Positions 8,460 through 20,492 are shown, numbered from the stretch's first letter. The stretch: 64,000 bases of DNA from a bacterium (GCA_021796115.1 JAJYOP010000004.1:4680-68679), one strand, 5' to 3'. Made by a program: numbers and translations. Notes: a model not told the origin generated them from the letters alone.

Positions 8460-9557
8460 ATGAATTTTATTATTAATAAAGAAGTAATATTAGAGAATCT
8501 ACAGAAAGTTTTGGGACCAACCGCATCAAAGCAAAATTTTCCCATATTAAACAGCGTTCTCATCTCCACCATTGGCAATAAACTCAAATTTATCGCCACA
8601 GACCTGGATGTTACCATTATTTCTTCTTGTGAGGCAAACATAAAAGAGAAAGGCAAGATCGCCGTGCCGATGAAACGGTTTATCTCTATCATAAGAGAAC
8701 TGCCGCTTGAAGAGGTAGCTGTGGAAATGAGCAAGAATAACCTCTTGATAAAATGTGGAAAAATTGAGTTCAAAATAAACACACTAAACGCTTCGGAATT
8801 TCCTCAAATCGAAGAAGAAAAAGAAGCCTCCCTTATTAAAATACACCCAACAACCCTGGAAGAAATGATAAGGATGACTTCTTTTTGTGTTGGCTACGAA
8901 GACGCTAACTATGTTTTAAACGGAATACTATTTGAGATAAACGAGGACACAATAAGTATGATTGCCACCGACGGCAAAAGGCTGTCTTTTGTAAAAAGAA
9001 AGTTACCACCAAACCAGCCAGAGGTAAAAACGAAAATTTCTTTTATTTTACCAATAAAAGCCATAAACGAATTGTATAAACTGATTAAAGACAAAGAAGA
9101 GGATGTTTTTCTTTTTGTTAAAGAAAACCGGGTGGGTTTTGACTTTAAAAGCACGCAGTTTATCGCCAGGCCCATAGAAGGGGAATTCCCTAATTATTCG
9201 CAATATATTCCTAACGAAAACAAAGACAAGCTTTCTGTGGACAGGCAAAAATTTATTCTTGCCTTAAGGAGGGCGGATTTGCTTTCCACTCAAGATTACC
9301 AAGGCGTAAAGCTGGAGTTAAAAAAAGATAGTCTAGTTATTTCCAAATCCACACCCCAACTGGGCGAAGCAAAAGAGGTGGTGGATGCAAGGTATACCGG
9401 CTCAAGCTTTGAAATAGGCTTTAACCCAAACTACATAATCGATATCTTGAAAAATTTAGGCGACAATGAAGTGAGTTTTGAATTTTTCGGCGCAGATAAA
9501 CCGGCCGTATTGCGCAAAGAAGATTTTGTTTATTTGATTCTTCCGATGAAGATATAA
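8460..9557 (+). CDS. dnaN: DNA polymerase III beta sliding clamp
   Basis: 365 aa. It follows dnaA and ends with the ...VYLILPMKI-type C-terminus typical of beta clamps. Confidence 0.95.
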   Translation: MNFIINKEVILENLQKVLGPTASKQNFPILNSVLISTIGNKLKFIATDLDVTIISSCEANIKEKGKIAVPMKRFISIIRELPLEEVAVEMSKNNLLIKCGKIEFKINTLNASEFPQIEEEKEASLIKIHPTTLEEMIRMTSFCVGYEDANYVLNGILFEINEDTISMIATDGKRLSFVKRKLPPNQPEVKTKISFILPIKAINELYKLIKDKEEDVFLFVKENRVGFDFKSTQFIARPIEGEFPNYSQYIPNENKDKLSVDRQKFILALRRADLLSTQDYQGVKLELKKDSLVISKSTPQLGEAKEVVDARYTGSSFEIGFNPNYIIDILKNLGDNEVSFEFFGADKPAVLRKEDFVYLILPMKI

Positions 9558-9708
9558 CGAGCACAATATTTTCCCAAGCGCAAAGCACGCCAGGAAAATA
9601 CCAGTGCGAATAATGAGCCAGCACATTAGTGCGTTGGTAAATTGCCCCCTCCGGGGATTACCCCCGAACAAGCGAAGCAAGCAAACGGGGCGGAGCGCAC
9701 CCTCCTAT

Positions 9709-12808
<3,100 letters not shown>

Positions 12809-12810
12809 TG

Positions 12811-12940
12811 AAAAACTCTAAACTCGAAATTCTAAACTCTAAACAAACCCAAAACTCAAAATCCAAAACCCTAAACGTTTCGAATTTTCTTCTGTTTGTA
12901 GTTTATGATTTGTTACGGAAGAGTTTAGTGTTTAGAGTTT
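12811..12940. repeat. Word-hairpin repeat, family A (CTAAACTC/GAGTTTAG words), copy 1
   Basis: The left arm is aaaaactctaaactcgaaattctaaactctaaacaaaccc... The right arm is ...ggaagagtttagtgtttagagttt. It fills the gyrB-gyrA spacer. Confidence 0.8.
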
Positions 12941-12950
12941 AAAAAAACAT

Positions 12951-15900
12951 ATGCAAGAGCAAACCAACAAAGGGAAAATCATCACCCGCTATCTCGAAGA
13001 GGAGATGAAGGAGTCGTATCTTTCATATTCGATGAGCGTTATTGCCGGCCGCGCTCTGCCGGATATTCGGGACGGGTTAAAACCAGTCCAACGCAGAATC
13101 ATGTACGCGATGCACGAGCTGCATCTGCGTTATAACCAGCCGCACAAAAAAAGCGCAAGAATCGTCGGAGAATGTTTTGTAAAAAATACACTTGTTTCTA
13201 CGAAGCGAGGGCTAACCCCTATCCAGGACGTCCGCAGGGGGGATTTCGTTTTTACCCAGACCGGCTTAAAACGCGTAAGTGAACTTTATTGCATGCCACG
13301 CCGCCCACTCGTAAAGATAGCGTTGGATAATGGGCTCACTAACATCGCTACTCTTTCGCAAAAATTTAAAGTATTCGGTAGCGATTTAAAATTCGCTTTT
13401 AAAGAAGCAAAGGAATTGCAAATCGGCGATTACATTGTTTTAAAAGCTACCTATCCGAACAAGAGTAAGTATGTAAAAACCAAAGGCATCACTGTTAACG
13501 AAAATATCGGATATCTTTTGGGCTTACTTATGTCCGACGGATGGGTGGAGAAAAGCGAAAGAGGATATAACCGTTTAGGTTTTTGCGCCAAAGACTTAAA
13601 TACATTAAAAAAAATACAGGCGATAGTCAGAACAGAATTTAATTTAGAGGAGAATATATTAAAAAAACCAGAAGTTCATTATTTCAGAATAAACAAAAGC
13701 GATGTTAACACGCGATTAATAAAAACCTTTGGCTTAAAAAATCTATCCGCGGAAAATAAATTTATACCTGGCGAAATTCTTCGCTCGCCATCCACGGTTA
13801 TTTATGCTTTCTTATCCGGTTTATTTGAAGGCGACGGAAGCGTCCATAAAAATAGGCAATGCCTTGACTACTCGTCCGTTTCCACCAAGTTAATCTCTCA
13901 ATTGCAAGTACTACTTTTAAGCCTCGGGGTTGTTTCGAGCCGCTATTGCACAAAGCCTAAAATGCACAAATTAAAAGGCAGATTGATAAAAACAAATTTT
14001 CCATGCTTTGCCTTGGAGGTTTCCGGAAGCAACTTAAAAAAGCTTGCGGAAGGGCTGCGGCTGGTCTCCTCAAAAAAAGAGCGCTTAGAAACAAAAACGT
14101 ATGACCGCACGCTTCCTTCCAAATATGACGCCATCCCGTTTTTGGGGCAAGCCCTCTTTAGAGAATTTAGCGAGAAGCATTTAGGTGGAGGATGGTATAG
14201 TAAATCCGAAGGCGGAGAAAAATTTCGTTTAGGCGTGAAGTATGCGAATGGCACAAAGATAAAATACGCAAAAGATTTGTTAGACACAATAAAAGTATAT
14301 AAAACAACAATGGGCGGGTTAAATATTTTAGAAAAAGCCAGGAGAATAGGCTCGCAATATATACCGCTTTTGAAAGAAATTTTGGAAGAAAATCTTTATT
14401 TTATCCCTGTAAAAGAAATAAACAATGCCGGCTGCGATTTTACTTATGATATTGAAGTTGAGAATGACCATGAATTTATTGCTAACGGCATGGTCTCGCA
14501 CAATTGCCTTGGGAAATATCATCCGCACGGAGACCTTTCGGTTTACGATGCATTGGTGCGCATGGCGCAGGATTTTTCGCTGCGCTACCCGCTTATAAAC
14601 GGCCAAGGCAACTTTGGTTCGATAGATGGCGACCCTCCGGCAGCCATGCGTTATTCTGAAGCGCGGCTTTCGAAAATTTCCGATTTCATCCTTCAGGATA
14701 TCGACAAGGACACGGTCAAATTCTTCCCAAACTTCGATAATTCACTTACCGAACCGGAAGTTTTACCGTCGGTTGTTCCGACGCTTCTTATTAACGGCGC
14801 AAGCGGTATTGCCGTTGGCATGGCGACAAATATGCCGCCGCATAATTTAGGCGAAGCTTGCGATGCGCTCGAACATCTCATCGACAACCCGCAAGCCTCG
14901 GTAAAAGAATTGCACAAATTTATCAAAGGCCCGGATTTTCCCACCGGCGCAATTATCTGCGGCAAGGGCGACATCCTGAAAATGTACGAAGAAGGCAAAG
15001 GAAAACTTATCCTGCGCGCCAAATCAACTATCGAACACGAAAAAGGCAAATCGCAGATAATTATTACAGAAATACCTTACCAGCTGAATAAAACCAACCT
15101 TATAGAATCCATCGCTACCTTGATTACCGACAAAAAAATCGAAGGCGTTTCTGATCTTCGCGACGAGTCCGATAAATCAGGCATACGCATACTTTTAGAA
15201 CTTAAACGGGATGTTGAGCCGCAAATAATTTTGAACCAGCTCTATAAACACACAAATCTTGAAACAACTTTTGGCGCGATATTCCTGGCACTGGTTAACC
15301 ATAAGCCGGTTATTCTTACGCTTAAAGAAATGCTGGCGCACCATATCAGCTTCCGCAAGGAGGTAATTGTTAGAAGGACAAAGTTTGAGCTCGACAAAGC
15401 CCAGAAACGCGCCCATATTTTAGAGGGTTTAAAAATTGCGTTAAAACATCTCGACGAAGTCGTTGCTTTAATCAAGAAATCAAAGAATCCGCAAGAAGCC
15501 AAAGAGAACTTGATGAAAAAATTTTCTCTGACCGAAATTCAAGCCCAGGCAATTTTAGAAATGCAACTTGTCCGGCTTTGCGCGCTCGAGCGCGATAAAA
15601 TAGACCAGGAATATATGGAGCTACTCAAGAAAATAGAGCTCTACAATGCGATTTTAGCTTCCGAGCGGAAACAGGAAGAGCTGATCAAGGAAGAGCTTAA
15701 AATTTTGAAAGAACAATTTGCCGACGAACGCCGCACCGAAATCGTCGCACAAAAAGAAGAGATAGAAATCGAAGATTTGATTGTCGAAGAAGATATGGTT
15801 ATCACTATAAGCGGTTCAGGCTATATCAAACGTCAGCCGCTCTCAAGCTACCGGCAGCAGAAACGGGGAGGCAGAGGCGTTACCGCCATGGCCACATCCG

Positions 15901-16727
15901 AAGAGGATTTTGTCGAACATCTTTTTGTTGCTTCAAGCAAAGACACACTTTTAGTTTTCAGTGACGAGGGCCAGATTTATCCAATTAAAACTTATGAAGT
16001 CCCTGTCGGCAGCCGCACCTCCAAGGGCAGAGCGATAATTAATCTTTTGAGCCTGTCAACCAAAGAAAAAGTTACCAAAGTTTTATCGACAAAAGAATTC
16101 GATCCCAAGCGTTTTATTTTAATGACTACCGAACAAGGCGTTATAAAAAGATGCTCGCTGGAACTTTTTGCCAATATCCGCAAAAGCGGAATAACCGCTA
16201 TAACTTTGGAAAAAGGCGATAAGCTTGTCGGCGCAAATATCTGCGAAGACAAAGACGAAGTTATCCTGATTACCAAAAAAGGAAAATCCATACGCTTCGA
16301 AGTTAGCCAAATCCGGCCAACCGGCAGGCAATCCCAGGGCGTGCGCGGAATGAGACTGGCCAAGGGCGATGTAATTGTTGGTATGGCGCTCATCGAGGGA
16401 ACGCTGAAGAAGAACGATTTCTATATTCTAAGTGCAACCGAAAACGGTTTTGCCAAACGCAGCCATATCGAAGAATACCGCCTGCAATCAAGAGGTGGCA
16501 AGGGGATAATTAATATAAAAGTTTCTTCTAAAATCGGTGACGCCAAAGGCGCGATTCTTGTGCAGGAAGCCGACGAAGTCATGTGTATAACTCAAAAAGG
16601 CATACTTATCCGGACAAAAATAAAAGATATCCGCGCCTCCGGCCGCTCAACGCAAGGCGTTAAGATTATTAATCTGGAATCCGGGGATAAACTTTCCACC
16701 ATAGCCCGCATCATTCCTGAAGAATGA
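12951..16727 (+). CDS. gyrA: DNA gyrase subunit A, interrupted by a LAGLIDADG intein
   Basis: The extein junction is SARIVGE|C...SHN|[10 protein letters not shown]. The catalytic Tyr region [10 protein letters not shown] lies downstream of the intein. C-terminal beta-pinwheel repeats are present. Confidence 0.95.
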   Translation: MQEQTNKGKIITRYLEEEMKESYLSYSMSVIAGRALPDIRDGLKPVQRRIMYAMHELHLRYNQPHKKSARIVGECFVKNTLVSTKRGLTPIQDVRRGDFVFTQTGLKRVSELYCMPRRPLVKIALDNGLTNIATLSQKFKVFGSDLKFAFKEAKELQIGDYIVLKATYPNKSKYVKTKGITVNENIGYLLGLLMSDGWVEKSERGYNRLGFCAKDLNTLKKIQAIVRTEFNLEENILKKPEVHYFRINKSDVNTRLIKTFGLKNLSAENKFIPGEILRSPSTVIYAFLSGLFEGDGSVHKNRQCLDYSSVSTKLISQLQVLLLSLGVVSSRYCTKPKMHKLKGRLIKTNFPCFALEVSGSNLKKLAEGLRLVSSKKERLETKTYDRTLPSKYDAIPFLGQALFREFSEKHLGGGWYSKSEGGEKFRLGVKYANGTKIKYAKDLLDTIKVYKTTMGGLNILEKARRIGSQYIPLLKEILEENLYFIPVKEINNAGCDFTYDIEVENDHEFIANGMVSHNCLGKYHPHGDLSVYDALVRMAQDFSLRYPLINGQGNFGSIDGDPPAAMRYSEARLSKISDFILQDIDKDTVKFFPNFDNSLTEPEVLPSVVPTLLINGASGIAVGMATNMPPHNLGEACDALEHLIDNPQASVKELHKFIKGPDFPTGAIICGKGDILKMYEEGKGKLILRAKSTIEHEKGKSQIIITEIPYQLNKTNLIESIATLITDKKIEGVSDLRDESDKSGIRILLELKRDVEPQIILNQLYKHTNLETTFGAIFLALVNHKPVILTLKEMLAHHISFRKEVIVRRTKFELDKAQKRAHILEGLKIALKHLDEVVALIKKSKNPQEAKENLMKKFSLTEIQAQAILEMQLVRLCALERDKIDQEYMELLKKIELYNAILASERKQEELIKEELKILKEQFADERRTEIVAQKEEIEIEDLIVEEDMVITISGSGYIKRQPLSSYRQQKRGGRGVTAMATSEEDFVEHLFVASSKDTLLVFSDEGQIYPIKTYEVPVGSRTSKGRAIINLLSLSTKEKVTKVLSTKEFDPKRFILMTTEQGVIKRCSLELFANIRKSGITAITLEKGDKLVGANICEDKDEVILITKKGKSIRFEVSQIRPTGRQSQGVRGMRLAKGDVIVGMALIEGTLKKNDFYILSATENGFAKRSHIEEYRLQSRGGKGIINIKVSSKIGDAKGAILVQEADEVMCITQKGILIRTKIKDIRASGRSTQGVKIINLESGDKLSTIARIIPEE
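13173..14504 (+). mobile_element. GyrA intein with a LAGLIDADG homing endonuclease domain (444 aa)
   Basis: It starts [13 protein letters not shown]. The LAGLIDADG blocks are [12 protein letters not shown] and [13 protein letters not shown]. It ends [21 protein letters not shown], followed by the +1 Cys. Confidence 0.85.
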
Positions 16728-16859
16728 GAGAGTGAAGCCACTCACGATCTAAACCTTGAGGCTTTCCCCCGAGCAGAAATCGCGAGCGCATTATCCCTAC
16801 GAGTGTAAAGTCCGGGGATTGCTGTCTCGCAGGACGTCCCCGGTGGGGGCTGCGGGGGA

Positions 16860-16887
16860 TTGACAAAATAGATTTTGTATTTAAAAT
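16860..16887 (+). promoter_or_regulatory. Sigma70-like promoter for tRNA-Glu
   Basis: TTGACA (16860-16865), 16-nt spacer, TAAAAT (16882-16887). Confidence 0.45.
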
Positions 16888-16902
16888 AAAGCAGCTCTTT
16901 TA

Positions 16903-16984
16903 ACAGATAGCAGATAACCGATGTCAGATGTCAGATGGCAGATAAAAATATCTGCCTAACTGTTAGCTGTCATCTGCTATCTAA
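16903..16984. repeat. Word-hairpin (CAGAT/ATCTG words) between the promoter and tRNA-Glu
   Basis: acagatagcagataaccgatgtcagatgtcagatggcagata-aaaa-tatctgcctaactgttagctgtcatctgctatct. Confidence 0.65.
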
Positions 16985-16989
16985 AACCT

Positions 16990-17064
16990 GTCCCCATCGT
17001 CTAGCCTGGTTCAGGACATCGCCCTTTCACGGCGACGGCGCCAGTTCAAATCTGGCTGGGGACG
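16990..17064 (+). tRNA. tRNA-Glu (anticodon TTC); CCA not encoded
   Basis: The acceptor stem pairs GTCCCCA with TGGGGAC. The anticodon arm is cgcc-CTTTCAC-ggcg. The T-arm is gccaGTTCAAATctggc. The discriminator is G at 17064. Confidence 0.9.
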
Positions 17065-17201
17065 TTAATGAGGCAGCAATCTTTTCTGAGCCTGTCCGCT
17101 TCTTGCGGGCAGGCGATAGAAAAGTTGCGTAGCCGAATTAATCCCGCCGAAGTCAGGAGAAATTTTATTAAAAATTTCTCCTGTATATAGCGAAGGCGGG
17201 G
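17065..17201 (+). ncRNA. GA-clamp hairpin motif, copy 1 (unclassified structured element abutting tRNA-Glu)
   Basis: The clamp is TTAATGAGGC (17065-74) ... GCCGAATTAA (17132-41) and encloses a long hairpin. A second stem follows, CCCGCC (17143-48) / GGCGGG (17195-200). The first 77 nt are identical to 25980-26056. Confidence 0.5.
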
Positions 17202-17266
17202 CAAGAAACATAAAATCGCAAAGTTTTAAATGTAGCTTCCCGTAACCTTCGTAACTAGCTAAACAT

Positions 17267-17686
17267 ATGGATACGAAAAAAAGACCAATCGGCGTAATAA
17301 TTCTGGGCATCTGCAATTTAGCGCTTTTTGGCATCAACCCGCTCGTAACTTCTTTTATCCCTCAAAATTGGGGAACATTTAATGAAGTGCTTAAGGCAAA
17401 GCATATCGATTTAACCTTAAGCCAACCCTTAATAAAAATAATGACAATTACGCAGATAATCATCGCATGTATTTTTATTGCTTCAGGGATAGGGCTGCTA
17501 TTAAGTAAAGAATGGGGGAGGAAGATAGCAGTGTATTTTGCTTTTGCTGTTTGTTTAATTAGCCTGCTTGTAGCATTAATGGCCCCGTCTTTAACCGGAG
17601 TGGCGATTATTCAGATTATTTACCCGGCTATCCTGATTATTTATTTTACGAACAAAAACGTCGAAGCATATTTTAAGCGCAAATAG
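17267..17686 (+). CDS. Hypothetical multi-pass membrane protein
   Basis: 139 aa with four hydrophobic segments. I recognise no family. Confidence 0.55.
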   Translation: MDTKKRPIGVIILGICNLALFGINPLVTSFIPQNWGTFNEVLKAKHIDLTLSQPLIKIMTITQIIIACIFIASGIGLLLSKEWGRKIAVYFAFAVCLISLLVALMAPSLTGVAIIQIIYPAILIIYFTNKNVEAYFKRK

Positions 17687-17694
17687 AAGGAGAT

Positions 17695-17866
17695 AAACTC
17701 TAAATCCGAAACACTAAACTCTAAACAAATCACAAACTACAAACAAAAAAACTCAAAACAAGCGTTTAGATTTTGTGGTTTCGAGGTTGTTTAGGATTTC
17801 CCGCCTCTGGCGGGTCCGCCCACATATAAAAGTATCGGTGGCGGAAGAGTTTAGTGTTTAGAGTTT
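17695..17866. repeat. Family A word-hairpin, copy 2, carrying module X
   Basis: aaactctaaatccgaaacactaaactctaaacaaatcac...ggaagagtttagtgtttagagttttt. The inserted module at 17799-17845 is tcccgcctctggcgggtccgcccacatataaaagtatcggtggcgg. Confidence 0.75.
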
Positions 17867-17874
17867 TTAAAAAT

Positions 17875-19704
17875 ATGTGCGGAATATTAGGATATATCGG
17901 TAAAGAAGCAAAGCTCTCGCTATTTTTAGACGGCCTTTCCCGTCTCGAATACCGCGGTTACGATTCATGCGGCGTAGTCGGCATCAAAGACAGGAAGCTT
18001 TTTATCCAAAAGCGGCCGGGCAAAATTCATGAGTTGCGGCGGGAACTCAGGGATTTTATTAACGAAAAATTCCCTGTCGGTATTTTCCATACCCGCTGGG
18101 CCACCCATGGCAAGCCCAATGAAGTTAATGCCCATCCTCACACCGACTGCAAACAACAAATAGCCATAGTCCATAATGGCATTGTCGAGAATTATCTTAA
18201 ATTAAAACAAGAACTTATTAAAGAAGGGCATAAATTCGTGAGCGAAACAGACACCGAGGTTATCGCACACTTAATCGAAAAGTTCTACAAGAAATCCCTT
18301 GAAGACGCCGTCTCTAAAGCCATAAAAAAACTCAAAGGTTCTTTTGCCTTGGGTGTTATCTCAAAGAATGAGCCGGAGAAACTTATTGCCGTCAGAAAAG
18401 GAAGTCCCCTTATTATAGGCTTGGGTAAAAATGGCAACTTTATCGCTTCGGATATCCCAGCGATTCTTCCTTTTGCAAAAGAAGTCGTTTATCTTAAAGA
18501 TGAGGAGATGGCGGTTATAAAAAAAGAGAGCATCGAGATTTTTCATTTTAAAGGCTCGCCGGTAAAACTTGAGATAGAAAAGGTAAAAATAAAGCCTGAA
18601 GATGCCGAAAAAAACAATTTTGCGCATTTCATGCTTAAAGAGATACACGAGCAGCCGGAAGTTTTAAGAAAAATTCTTTCTTTGTATGACAACAAAAACG
18701 CAATACACTTCCCACAGATTAATCTTTCCGAAGATTTTTTCAAACACTTAAAAAACGTATTTATCGCCGCCTGCGGGACGGCTTATCACGCCGGTTATGT
18801 AGCTAAATATTTTTTAGAGGCATATTGCGGCCTGGATGTCGAACTGGATGCTTCTTCGGAGTTTCGCTACCGGAGGCTAAACATTACCAAAAACGATTTA
18901 CTGATCACTATTTCTCAATCAGGGGAAACCGCAGATACTCTTGCAGCAATAAGGGACATAAAAGAGCGTGGAATAAAAGTTTTAAGTATTTGCAACGTCA
19001 TTGGTTCGACTCTGGCCAAAGAAAGCGATGGAATTATTTTTACTCACGCCGGCCCGGAAATCGGGGTTGCCTCGACAAAAGCTTACACCGCACAAATAAT
19101 GACGTTGATTCTGTTGTGTTTATACATCGCCAGGATGCGTAGCTCGATAAGTGCGCAAGAAATGAGAAATGCGCTCAAAGAACTTTCCCTCATACCAGGT
19201 TATCAGAAAGAAATTCTGGCTAAAGAAAGTGAAATAAAAAAAATCGCCAAAGAATTTTCTAAATTCGGCTGTTTCTTGTTTTTAGGTAGAGGTATAAACT
19301 ATCCGTCAGCACTCGAGGGAGCATTAAAGCTTAAAGAAATTTCCTATATACCTGCCGAGGGGTATCCTGCGGGAGAAATGAAACACGGCCCAATTGCGCT
19401 TATTGACGAATACCGTGGGGTTGTTTGTATCGCGCCAAAAGATTTTCTTTATGAAAAAATGATTTCCAACATGCAAGAAATTAAAGCCAGAAAAGGGAAG
19501 ATTCTTGCGATTGTAAATTATGGAGACAATGAAGCAGAACGCTTAAGCGACGCAGTTATCCGTATGCCCAAGCTCAAAAACCAAAATTTCTCGCCCTTGC
19601 TTGTTGCCGTGGGCCTGCAGCTTTTTGCCTATTACGTGGCAAAAAATTTAGGCCACGATATTGACCAGCCGCGTAATTTAGCGAAATCAGTTACGGTAGA
19701 ATAA
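17875..19704 (+). CDS. glmS: Glutamine-fructose-6-phosphate aminotransferase
   Basis: The start is reset to MCGILGYIG, because the catalytic Cys must follow the initiator Met. SIS domains are present and the C-terminus is KSVTVE. Confidence 0.95.
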   Translation: MCGILGYIGKEAKLSLFLDGLSRLEYRGYDSCGVVGIKDRKLFIQKRPGKIHELRRELRDFINEKFPVGIFHTRWATHGKPNEVNAHPHTDCKQQIAIVHNGIVENYLKLKQELIKEGHKFVSETDTEVIAHLIEKFYKKSLEDAVSKAIKKLKGSFALGVISKNEPEKLIAVRKGSPLIIGLGKNGNFIASDIPAILPFAKEVVYLKDEEMAVIKKESIEIFHFKGSPVKLEIEKVKIKPEDAEKNNFAHFMLKEIHEQPEVLRKILSLYDNKNAIHFPQINLSEDFFKHLKNVFIAACGTAYHAGYVAKYFLEAYCGLDVELDASSEFRYRRLNITKNDLLITISQSGETADTLAAIRDIKERGIKVLSICNVIGSTLAKESDGIIFTHAGPEIGVASTKAYTAQIMTLILLCLYIARMRSSISAQEMRNALKELSLIPGYQKEILAKESEIKKIAKEFSKFGCFLFLGRGINYPSALEGALKLKEISYIPAEGYPAGEMKHGPIALIDEYRGVVCIAPKDFLYEKMISNMQEIKARKGKILAIVNYGDNEAERLSDAVIRMPKLKNQNFSPLLVAVGLQLFAYYVAKNLGHDIDQPRNLAKSVTVE

Positions 19705-19721
19705 TCCATAAATCCTGTGGC

Positions 19722-19801
19722 AAACTCTAAACGTTTCGAGTTTTCTTCTGTTTGTAGTTTATGATTTGTTTAGTGTTTCGAGTTTAGAATTTCGAGTTTA
19801 G
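19722..19801. repeat. Family A word-hairpin, copy 3 (short left arm)
   Basis: aaactctaaacgtttcgagttttcttctgtttgtagtttatgatttgtttagtgtttcgagtttagaatttcgagtttag. Confidence 0.7.
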
Positions 19802-19803
19802 AT

Positions 19804-20472
19804 ATGTTATACGTTGTTGCCACGCCAATCGGGAATCTCGAAGATATTACCTTCAGGGCTTTGCGTATTTTAAAGGAAGTTGATATTGTTCTTGCGGAAG
19901 ATACGCGCAAATCCGGATTTCTGCTCGCGCATTTCGCAATAAAAAAACCTTTGGTGAGTTTTTTTGAACACAACGAGATAAAAAAAATTCCCTGGGTCAT
20001 TGAAGAGCTTAAAAAAGGAAAAAAAATTGCCATCATCTCTGACGCTGGCACACCTACGCTTTCCGATCCAGGATATAAACTGATACGTGAATGCCGGAAA
20101 GAAAAAATAGAAGTTGTGTCCATTCCCGGGCCATCCAGTATAACTGCAGCGCTTTCAATTACTTCCACCCCCCACGATAAATTTATATTTTTGGGGTATC
20201 TTCCGCGAAAACATAATGAGCGGCTAAAGTTATTCGAAAAAATAAAAGCTCTTCCCGCGGCGATTGTCTTTTTTGAATCGCCCTTTAGAATTTTATCCGC
20301 GTTGCGCGACATAAAAGAAAGCGTCGGAGATAAAAAAATTGCTGTCATTCGGGAGTTAACCAAGAAGTTTGAAGAGGTCTTGGAGCTCTCAATTAGCGAG
20401 GCGATTGCGCACTTTGAAAAAACCACCCCCAAAGGCGAATTTGTCTTGGTTCTTGACGGAAAAGAAGCTTAA
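19804..20472 (+). CDS. rsmI: 16S rRNA (cytidine1402-2'-O)-methyltransferase
   Basis: MLYVVATPIGNLEDITFRALRILKEVDIVLAEDTR, a tetrapyrrole-methylase fold typical of RsmI. Confidence 0.9.
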   Translation: MLYVVATPIGNLEDITFRALRILKEVDIVLAEDTRKSGFLLAHFAIKKPLVSFFEHNEIKKIPWVIEELKKGKKIAIISDAGTPTLSDPGYKLIRECRKEKIEVVSIPGPSSITAALSITSTPHDKFIFLGYLPRKHNERLKLFEKIKALPAAIVFFESPFRILSALRDIKESVGDKKIAVIRELTKKFEEVLELSISEAIAHFEKTTPKGEFVLVLDGKEA

Positions 20473-20492
20473 AATAGCCTGCCAGATTACCC

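Noticed and set aside
9604-9708. ORF-track upstream starts: 9604 for the DUF721 gene, 17854 for glmS, 24015 for the Mut7-C gene, 35745 for pyrK, 41675 for pyrD, 44552 for the lipoprotein, and 54950 for the acyl-CoA ligase.
   Set aside because: The extensions run through repeats, a tRNA or leader structures. They use non-ATG codons, or they displace conserved N-terminal residues such as the catalytic Cys2 of GlmS. Internal ATG starts fit the family N-termini.
12811-12940. The word-repeat regions as possible CRISPR arrays.
   Set aside because: There are no regularly spaced identical repeats separated by unique spacers. The units are 5-8-nt degenerate words and the two halves are complementary (hairpins). 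There are no cas genes.
16800-16859. aaagtccgggg as a possible RNase P RNA P4 or an SRP RNA fragment.
   Set aside because: Only a 9-nt resemblance to GGAAAGUCCGGGC. The segment is far too short. It lacks the other universally conserved RNase P regions and the SRP GGAA/AGCAGC helix-8 motif.
17065-17141. A self-cleaving ribozyme (HDV-like or hatchet-like, which cleave at their own 5' end) that would generate the tRNA 3' end.
   Set aside because: The element folds most simply as one long clamped hairpin. I could not thread the nested double-pseudoknot of HDV-like ribozymes or any remembered hatchet core onto it. I kept it as an unclassified motif instead.
16990-17201. An integrative-element attachment site at the tRNA 3' ends.
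   Set aside because: No integrase or recombinase is nearby. The tRNA 3' halves are not duplicated. The conserved sequence starts after the discriminator, not inside the tRNA.
17065-17337. Two 90-aa minus-strand ORFs (17065-17337 and 25980-26252) sharing the C-terminus NSATQLFYRLPARSGQAQKRLLPH.
   Set aside because: The shared part is the reverse complement of the conserved 77-nt tRNA-adjacent element. The rest of the two ORFs is unrelated. They end at the tRNA boundary.
19770-20432. Long antisense ORFs opposite well-supported genes. Examples: 19770-20432 (opposite rsmI), 21088-21753 (pyrR/pyrB), 21934-22521 (pyrB), 10777-11367 (gyrB), 42600-43169 (pyrF), 57807-58598 (KPR fusion), 54348-54791 (dusB).
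   Set aside because: Each lies fully inside a gene with clear family motifs on the other strand. Their translations are low-complexity and Ser/Leu/Pro-rich, with no recognisable motifs. They are typical shadow ORFs.
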